Origin: a bacterium
Lineage (GTDB): Bacteria > UBA8248
Length of the DNA stretch: 64,000 nt
Direction: 5' to 3'
NCBI GenBank assembly: GCA_965204535.1
Contig: CBDBEV010000001.1
Coordinates: 1,184,001-1,248,000, forward strand
The stretch's first letter is position 1; every line of letters starts with the position of its first letter. Made by a program: the position numbers and the translations under genes. The notes beneath the pieces are model-generated. The model was not told where the DNA came from and did not search any database. It worked only from the letters and a program-made list of their open reading frames with translations. Below are positions 57,546-64,000 of this stretch, one piece after another.

Positions 57546-57681
57546 TCCCTTCTCTACTCGGTCGCGATTGACCCCCGAAGCGGCACCCCCCCGCAACGCC
57601 TGGGACGGCTCGGCATTCGGCGGGCAGTGTACTAGAATGGGCGGACGCCACCTCTTTATATACCTCTCTGATGGAGACGAC

Positions 57682-59388
57682 ATGTCCGTTCGCGAATCCG
57701 TAGACGCCGATTCCCTGTGGAAAAATCTCGAAAACATCTGCCGCTGGGAGCGCTACACCGGCACCGAGGGCGAGAATGAGGCGGTGCGCTATATCGAGGC
57801 GGAACTCACCGCGCTCGGGATAGACGTGGCTGTCCACGCGTTCGATTCGCTCATCAGCATCCCCGGCGAGACGACGCTCGAAATGACGGGAGAAGGGGGC
57901 GGGACGATCCGCGCCATCAGCGCGGTGTTCGGCGCGTCCACGGGAGCGGCCGGCGTGCGGGGCCAGGCGGTCCATGTCGGCGAGGCCGGCCCGCCCGACA
58001 CGCCGTTCGGCGATCCTTTCTATACGGGCGCAACCGGCGAAGCCCCCGTGGCGGGGCGCGTCGTCGTGGCCGAGGGGATGGTGAGTCCGGGCCGGTTCCA
58101 TCACTTCGAGCGGCGCGGCGCCCTCGCGCAGGTCTACGTCAACAGGGGCAACGCGCACGAGCTGACCGTCTCGACCATCTGGGGCGCGCCGACGCCCGAG
58201 AGCATCGCGCGGCTGCCGGGGACGCCCGTCGTCACGCTCTCGCGCGGGCAGGGGGCTGCGCTTCTGGAGCGGCTCCGGGCGCGGGAGGAGGTCGAACTCC
58301 TCATCCACGTGGAGATGGACACCGCCTGGCGGGAGACCCTGATGCCGGTGGCGAGCATCGCGCCGGAGAACGGGAGTGAGGAATACGTCCTCGTCGGCGG
58401 GCACATCGACTCCTGGCACATCGGGGCGAACGACAACGCGGCGGGCGACGCGACGTTGATGGAGCTTGCGCGCGTCGCGCACGGGGCGAGGGGCGAGCTT
58501 CGCCGCGGCTTAAAGGTCGCCTGGTGGAACGGGCACTCGCACGGGCGCTTCTCGGGCTCCACCTGGTATGCGGACCACATGTTCGGCGAGTTGCGCCGGA
58601 ACTGCGCAGCGTACTTGAACATCGACCAGCCCGGCTGCATCGGCGCCACGCTCTACCGCCCGTTCTGCACGGCGGACGTGCGCGACTGGGTGCGGGACGC
58701 CGTGGAGCGTCTGGGCGGTCAGGACACGCAGCCCGATCATCCCCGCAAGATGGCCGACCAGTCGCTGTGGGGGGTGGGCGTGCCCTCGTTCTCCTTCCTG
58801 CCCGTCCTCCCGCCCGGCCACCCCGATTTGAGAAAAGATCACCCCGGCGACGGCTTCCCCGAGTACTGGCACCACCCCGCCGACACGCTGGACAAGATGG
58901 ATAAAGACTTGCTCGCCGAGCACTGCCGCCTCTACGCGGCGGCGCTGCACGAGCTTTGCGCGCTCGAGCGCGTGCCGCTGAACCCCGCCGCGACGGCCGC
59001 CGTCGTGAATGAAGAAATCGACAGACTCTCCGAATCGGGAGGCGAAGCCGTGGACCTGGGCGACCTCAGCGCGGCGGGGGCGCGCTTCGCCAGGGCGTGC
59101 GCGGCGCTGAACGAGAAGCTGGCGGGCATGGACGCCGCGGCCGCCAACCGCGCCCTCCTCGACATGAGCCACGCGGTCAATCCCGTGCTCTACACCCTGG
59201 CGGGGCCGTTCGACCACGACCCGGCGAGCGGCGCGTTCCGGATGCCGGGGCTCCAGTGCATCGCCCACTACGCCGGGCGGGGGCACGGGAGCGATGCGGG
59301 GAAGGTCATCTACACGCGGGTGGTGCGCGAGAAGAACCGCGTCGTCGCCGGCCTCGACGCGGCCAGCGCCATCGCGGAGTCGGCCTAG
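57682..59388 (+). CDS. M28 family metallopeptidase/amidohydrolase with PA-like insert
   Basis: GGHIDSW, GANDNAAG, WNGHSHGRFSGSTWY, NIDQPG, YWHHPADTLDK; GGAG SD before ATG 57682. Confidence 0.88.
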   Translation: MSVRESVDADSLWKNLENICRWERYTGTEGENEAVRYIEAELTALGIDVAVHAFDSLISIPGETTLEMTGEGGGTIRAISAVFGASTGAAGVRGQAVHVGEAGPPDTPFGDPFYTGATGEAPVAGRVVVAEGMVSPGRFHHFERRGALAQVYVNRGNAHELTVSTIWGAPTPESIARLPGTPVVTLSRGQGAALLERLRAREEVELLIHVEMDTAWRETLMPVASIAPENGSEEYVLVGGHIDSWHIGANDNAAGDATLMELARVAHGARGELRRGLKVAWWNGHSHGRFSGSTWYADHMFGELRRNCAAYLNIDQPGCIGATLYRPFCTADVRDWVRDAVERLGGQDTQPDHPRKMADQSLWGVGVPSFSFLPVLPPGHPDLRKDHPGDGFPEYWHHPADTLDKMDKDLLAEHCRLYAAALHELCALERVPLNPAATAAVVNEEIDRLSESGGEAVDLGDLSAAGARFARACAALNEKLAGMDAAAANRALLDMSHAVNPVLYTLAGPFDHDPASGAFRMPGLQCIAHYAGRGHGSDAGKVIYTRVVREKNRVVAGLDAASAIAESA

Positions 59389-59402
59389 GCCGCCGCGCCT
59401 TC

Positions 59403-59754
59403 GGGGGGTTGCTGGAAAAGCCCGAGGAGAGAGGAATCAACTCCCCCCTTGAGGGGGAGTCGAAGAGGCCGAGCGTTTTATGCGAAGGCTGATGCGGTGG
59501 GGGGTAAAATACGTTTTATGGCCAGTCCGAATTATCCCCCCCACCGGTTCGGTTTCGGGCAAAACCCCCTCACCTCACCGTCTGGCTTTCCCCTCGGGAA
59601 GCCAGACCCTCAAGGGGGGAGTTGATTGTTGAGCGCTCTACAGGGGGGGGCTCTTTCATGCCCCTCTGACAAGGGGGGGTAGGGGGGGTTGGTTTTTCGG
59701 TCGAGCGGGGCGCCCCCTCCATCCCCGAAAAAGGGGATTTTTTCAACAACCCCC
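59403..59754. repeat. REP doublet bracketed by IS1182-like end motifs
   Basis: GGGGTTGCTGGAAAA at the left end, TTTTTCAACAACCCC at the right end, doublet at about 59440-59623. Confidence 0.8.
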
Positions 59755-60330
59755 TCACGCCAAGTCCGCGAAAGGCCCCGGGTCCGCCTCCAGCCCGAGA
59801 TAATTTACGCGTATGTGGTTCCACAGGGCGAGCTTCCCCCAGTCGGGGGTTTCGAGGACGCGGTAGCGCGCGTCGAAATAGGGGTTGGGGAGGTAGAAGG
59901 TCGTCATCTGCTCGTCGCGCCCGTTCATGAGCGCCAGCGAATAGCTCACCGGCGCGTGGCCCGCGACGGGGGGGTTCTGGTAGATGCGGAGCAGCGTCGC
60001 CCGCGCGCACCTGCGCCACCGCGCCAGCTCGGGCGGGCAGGGGTGCCGCGCGTCGCCCCGGTGTTCGCCGATGCACAGGTGGAAGTGCCAGTCGCCGAGG
60101 TCGACGGTGAGGTAGCCGTCCAGGTAGCTGATCTTCCGCGGCGGGGCCTTCACGCGGCACTCGAACACGGCCCCCTGGATGCACGGGCCGAAGACGAGCG
60201 ATTCGTAGTGGTTCTCGAACAGGTCGCGCAGGAGGGTTTCGAGGAGTTCGCGCGTGGGCCGGAACTCCCAGACGGATTGTCGGCTCCCGTCCGCGCCTGT
60301 CTCTTCGCGGTACTCCACGTCTGGCTTCAT
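59755..60330 (-). CDS. Uncharacterised soluble protein with WHFHLCIGEH motif
   Basis: 191-aa ORF from ATG 60330; FGPCIQGAVFE, DGYLTVD, FYLPNPY; last gene of the TonB/ABC operon. Confidence 0.75.
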   Translation of the reverse strand: MKPDVEYREETGADGSRQSVWEFRPTRELLETLLRDLFENHYESLVFGPCIQGAVFECRVKAPPRKISYLDGYLTVDLGDWHFHLCIGEHRGDARHPCPPELARWRRCARATLLRIYQNPPVAGHAPVSYSLALMNGRDEQMTTFYLPNPYFDARYRVLETPDWGKLALWNHIRVNYLGLEADPGPFADLA

Positions 60331-60391
60331 GAGCAACCCCGTTTGCGGCTCGCGCCGCCCGCATGGCGAGGCCCGGGCGGCTCTTAAAGCG

Positions 60392-60814
60392 TCAGTCGGT
60401 CGTTCGCGTGAGAGTATAGCGTATGGTGAGCACGAGTGTCTTATCGAGCCAGGGCAGGGGGGCCGCTTTCCGCACGGCTTCCAAGGAGGCATCGTCCAGA
60501 TGGGCGTTGCCGGACGTCTTCTTGATTCTTAAGCCTTGCAATCGCCCGTCGGGCAGAACCCGGAAGCTCACGGTGGCCGCGCCCTCCGCCCCCGACTCGC
60601 GCGCGAGCGGGGGATAATGCTGGTGGCGCCTGATGCGATTGAGAATCGCCGCAACGCGCGCGTCCGCGTCCATCCCCACCCGGCGCTTCCGGAAGGTGAA
60701 AGAGGGCGCCTCGGGCGGTTCGCTCACGGACGTCTCGATCTCCTGCGCGGAGAGAGGCTTGAGATTAGCGAGAAGGAAGAGCGCGAGCGCGGTGAGGGCA
60801 AGGGCTGTTCTCAT
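60392..60814 (-). CDS. Short TonB C-terminal-domain protein
   Basis: N-terminal TM, YPPLARESGAEG, V.FRV.PDG, TSGNAHLD.A.LEAVRKAAPLP. Confidence 0.88.
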   Translation of the reverse strand: MRTALALTALALFLLANLKPLSAQEIETSVSEPPEAPSFTFRKRRVGMDADARVAAILNRIRRHQHYPPLARESGAEGAATVSFRVLPDGRLQGLRIKKTSGNAHLDDASLEAVRKAAPLPWLDKTLVLTIRYTLTRTTD

Positions 60815-61596
60815 TCTCTCTCCTCCATCGTTCGCATGATGAAATGCCGCTCCTCCCCGCCGTTCACCGGGAGAATCTGCGCGCGCACCCCGAACGCCTG
60901 TTCGATGAATTCGGGCTTGAGGACGCTTTGCGGGTTCCCGGAGACGAGGACTTCTCCCGCATGGAGCAGGAGCAGGTGGTCGCAGTAGCGATGCGCGAGG
61001 TTCAAGTCGTGAACCGAGACGACCACGGTCCGGCCCCCGGAAGCCTGTGCGCGGAGGATGGCGAGGATGTCGAGGCAGTGCCTCACGTCCAGATTCGCAA
61101 AGGGCTCGTCGAGCAGCAGGACGGGCGTCTGCGCGGCGAGGGTTCTCGCGATGAGCACGCGCTTCATCTCCCCGCCCGAGAGTTCGTTGATCGCGCGGCT
61201 CGCCAAGTCTCCCGCGTCCACGTCTTGAAGTGCGGCGGCCACCGCCTCGCGGTCGGCATCGGTCTCGGGCGCGAGCCTGCCCTGGTGGGGGTATCGCCCC
61301 ATCATCACCGTCTCATCAGATCGGAAGGGGAACGCGGGTTCGTGCTTCTGGGCGAGATAGCCGACGCGGCGGGCGATTTCTTTCCTGTCGAAGGCGTCGA
61401 TGGGTTCGCCGTCCAGCGAGATGCGGCCGCTCTTCAAGGGCACGAGACCCGCGAGCGCGCGCAGGAGCGTCGTCTTGCCCGCCCCGTTGGGTCCGATGAC
61501 GCCCGTGAGCGCGCCGGGGCGGAAATCGGCCGACACGCCCTTGAGCACAATCCGCTCGCCGAGTTCGACGGTTGCGTTTTCGATCTTAAGCCGCAT
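60811..61596 (-). CDS. Iron-chelate/cobalamin ABC ATP-binding protein
   Basis: GPNGAGKTT, MGRYPH, LSGGE, LLLDEP, HDLNLA. Confidence 0.92.
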   Translation of the reverse strand: MRLKIENATVELGERIVLKGVSADFRPGALTGVIGPNGAGKTTLLRALAGLVPLKSGRISLDGEPIDAFDRKEIARRVGYLAQKHEPAFPFRSDETVMMGRYPHQGRLAPETDADREAVAAALQDVDAGDLASRAINELSGGEMKRVLIARTLAAQTPVLLLDEPFANLDVRHCLDILAILRAQASGGRTVVVSVHDLNLAHRYCDHLLLLHAGEVLVSGNPQSVLKPEFIEQAFGVRAQILPVNGGEERHFIMRTMEERE

Positions 61597-62630
61597 CAGA
61601 AGGTCTCCGCGCGCACGCGGTTCTTGACGATCAGATACAGGAAGAACGGCCCGCCGACCCCCGCCGAGAGGACGCCCAGGCGTATCTCGCCCCCGGGGGA
61701 GAGTGTCCGCGCGAGCAGGTCCATCCCCATCACGAAGACGGCGCCCGCGATCATGCTCAAGGGCAGAAGCCTCCTGTGGTCCGGCCCGGCCAGCATCCGC
61801 ACGATGTGGGGGACGAGCAGGCCCACGAAGCCGACCACGCCCGCCACGGCCACCGACGCCCCGGCCGCGGCGGCGGCGATGACGAGGACCCACGCCTTCG
61901 TCCGCGCCGTGTCCACGCCGAGCGCCATGGCGGATTCTTCTCCCGACATCATGAGGTTCAGCTCGCGCCCGAAGAACGCGGCGGCGACCGCGGAGGCGGC
62001 GAAAAAGGGCGCGACGAGGATCACGTGCTCCCAGGTGCGGTTCGTGAGGCTCCCCATGAGCCAGAAGAGGATCTGGCGCGCTATCTCGAAATCGCTCACG
62101 CTGTAGCTGAGCACGAGCGTCGTCAGCGCGCCCGCGACCGAGTTCACCGCCATCCCGCAGAGGATGAGCGCGCCCAGGGGGGTGTGTCCCTTATGCGATG
62201 CGACGATCGAGACGAGGAACACCGTCGCGAGCGCGCCGCCGAAGGCGCTCAGGGGAACGGCCCAGATCGAGGCGGCGCCCAGGCCCAGGGCGATGGCGCT
62301 CGTCGCGCCCAGCGCGCCGCCCGTGCTGACCCCGACGACGACGGGGCTCGCCATCGGGTTTCGGAAAAGCCCCTGGAGCATCACGCCCGAGAGCGCTAAC
62401 GAGGCGCCGACGAACGCGCCCGTCAATGTCCGCGGGAGGCGGATGTGCCAGACGATGGCGCGCTCATGCACGGAGACGCCCGCCCCCTCGGTTGAGATGA
62501 GCCCCAGTTCGCTCAGGATGATTTTCACGATTTTATCGGCGCCGATATCCGCCACGCCCAGGCGGACGCTGAGCGCGGTGAGGAGCAGGGCGAGGGCTAT
62601 GAGCACGGCCGCCAGGGCGTATTTCCTCAT
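61596..62630 (-). CDS. FecCD/BtuC/HmuU-family permease
   Basis: IRLPR, QGLFRNPMASP, GEESAMALGV, GFVGLLVPH, GPDHR, GGPFFL. Confidence 0.93.
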   Translation of the reverse strand: MRKYALAAVLIALALLLTALSVRLGVADIGADKIVKIILSELGLISTEGAGVSVHERAIVWHIRLPRTLTGAFVGASLALSGVMLQGLFRNPMASPVVVGVSTGGALGATSAIALGLGAASIWAVPLSAFGGALATVFLVSIVASHKGHTPLGALILCGMAVNSVAGALTTLVLSYSVSDFEIARQILFWLMGSLTNRTWEHVILVAPFFAASAVAAAFFGRELNLMMSGEESAMALGVDTARTKAWVLVIAAAAAGASVAVAGVVGFVGLLVPHIVRMLAGPDHRRLLPLSMIAGAVFVMGMDLLARTLSPGGEIRLGVLSAGVGGPFFLYLIVKNRVRAETF

Positions 62631-63493
62631 GGATAAAGCCCTCTCACCAGGTCGTCCAGTGCGCCTGCGATGTATTGCGATACGCTCGAGAAGCGCGGGT
62701 AGGGGATCTCGACGATCTTCTTGGCCCGCAGGGGGGCGTAGACCCCGTTCGCGCGGATGACGTCCTTCATGCCCGCGCCCGATTCGGGGTTCGCCCCCAC
62801 CATGATGACGTCCGGGTTCCAGGCGATGATCCGTTCCGCCGACACCCTGCGCGCTCCCCGCACCCCGCGTTCGGCGGCGGCGTTCACGCCGCCCGCGAGG
62901 CGGATGAGCGCGTCGTGCGAGGTGCCTTCGCCCGTCACCCAGCCGCCCCGCACGAGGGTCAAGATGCGCGGGGGCTTCGCATCGGGTGGAATGCGCGCGC
63001 GGATGGCGCGGATTCTTTCTCGGGCATCTTTAATGAGTTTTTGCGCTTTCGCCTCTTCACCGATCAGGCGGCCCATCTTCTCGATGCTCGCGAAAACGTC
63101 CGCAACGCCGCTGAAAGAGGAGAATTTGGACACCGGTACTCCGGCGGCCCGCAGGTGGTTCAGGAACGCGGCGCTCGAATACGAGGCGACGAACACCATG
63201 TCCGGCCTTAATGCGATGATGCGCTCGGGCGCGCTGTCGATGAGGGGGATGCCCCGGACCTTATCTGCGACGTTGGAATAGCCCGGGTGGCCGGCCAGCT
63301 TGTGGAGGCCGACGATTCTTTCCCTGGGCGCGAGCGCGAGGAGCATCTCGGCGGTGGCGAGCGTCATGGCGATCAGCCGTTCGGGCTTCCTGGCGGCGCG
63401 GGCGGGTGCGGCCCCCTCCGGCATCGGCGAGAGCGCAGCCCATAGAAGAGCCGCCGCCAGGAAGCGAATTTTGAGATTATTCCATAATCGCAT
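62627..63493 (-). CDS. Class III substrate-binding protein (BtuF/HmuT-like)
   Basis: Signal peptide, PERLIA, ERIIALRPD, LAGGVNAA, SAERIIAWNPDVI. Confidence 0.9.
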   Translation of the reverse strand: MRLWNNLKIRFLAAALLWAALSPMPEGAAPARAARKPERLIAMTLATAEMLLALAPRERIVGLHKLAGHPGYSNVADKVRGIPLIDSAPERIIALRPDMVFVASYSSAAFLNHLRAAGVPVSKFSSFSGVADVFASIEKMGRLIGEEAKAQKLIKDARERIRAIRARIPPDAKPPRILTLVRGGWVTGEGTSHDALIRLAGGVNAAAERGVRGARRVSAERIIAWNPDVIMVGANPESGAGMKDVIRANGVYAPLRAKKIVEIPYPRFSSVSQYIAGALDDLVRGLYP

Positions 63494-63519
63494 CTACCGT
63501 CCTTCGCGCAAAGCCCCGC

Positions 63520-63945
63520 TTCAGGGGGTTGTTGAATAATCCTCGTCAGGGGCATCGCTTCTACCCCCCTTGTCAAGGGTTTGTTGAAAAACCCTGCACA
63601 CGATCCCTACGAAGTCGCTTTACACAGATGAGAACACCAAAATCACTCCCCCCTTGAGGGGGAGTCGCAGAAGCCGAGCGTTTTTTGCGAAGGCTGATGC
63701 GGTGGGGGGTAAAATGCATTTTATCGCCATTTCGGATTATACCCCCCACCGAATCGCTTGCGGGCTTACGCCCTTAGCTCTTCGACTCCCCCTCAAGGGG
63801 GGAGTGATTTTTCTCTCTCGTCGGTCGGTTACATACGACAAATCCAGTGTTCCAGATTTTTCAACAACCCCCTCAAGGGGGGAGTCAACTTCAAAAACGT
63901 GCGCTCAACCAAAATCGCTCCACAAGGGCCTTTTCCAACATCCCC
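63520..63945. repeat. REP cluster with several IS1182-like end motifs
   Basis: GTTGTTGAA / TTCAACAAC motifs at about 63527, 63580 and 63860; doublet at about 63645-63806. Confidence 0.8.
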
Positions 63946-64000
63946 TAGAAAACCGCCCTCACGCCCGCGAACCACTGTACTCCGGGCGCGCCGTAGCCGT

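Noticed and set aside
16078-57635. Many short ORFs containing TNPPYPPLSGG, PLSRGGRGG or SPLEGES peptides
   Set aside because: They are translations of the intergenic repeats in various frames, with no RBS or family support.
15949-63945. Palindrome clusters as CRISPR arrays or integron attC sites
   Set aside because: Units occur as inverted doublets without regular unique spacers; no cas or intI gene; no consistent RYYYAAC...GTTRRRY ends.
63494-64000. Cobalamin riboswitch or Fur box upstream of the ABC operon
   Set aside because: The region is filled with repeats; no B12-box or Fur consensus was recognised.

Overview
GC-rich bacterial chromosomal window. The density of repeats and IS elements suggests a host-associated lineage, but taxonomy cannot be fixed from sequence alone. 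1-16 kb: mostly housekeeping-type genes (PhnP-like MBL hydrolase, threonine aldolase, M48 protease, cspA, a stand-alone EF-G paralog, two DMT transporters, pyrE). 24.7-43.4 kb: a LysR-linked catabolic cluster (UbiD, two-subunit CoA-transferase, M20 deacylase, LLM oxidoreductase, PLP cysteine-synthase-like enzyme, HAAT ABC transporter, xanthine-dehydrogenase-family molybdoenzyme, SdhA/NadB-like flavoprotein). 43.7-60 kb: an accessory zone where single genes sit between clusters of palindromic repeats. 60-63.5 kb: a TonB plus iron-chelate/cobalamin ABC operon. Features the ORF track misses: (i) two probable selenoproteins split at in-frame TGA codons, each followed by a SECIS-like hairpin (UGSC-motif protein, CxxU AhpD-like protein); (ii) a 600-720 nt leader upstream of a surface lipoprotein gene, with duplicated promoters, three 20-nt repeats, one anti-repeat whose internal differences are all G:U-compatible, and a perfect 14-nt anti-Shine-Dalgarno; (iii) at least four REP-like palindrome families, one surrounding a DUF559 nuclease gene; (iv) three related IS1182-family copies, all inserted in the loop of these palindromes, one interrupted by a second IS1182-family element. 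No rRNA, tRNA or CRISPR array was recognised.
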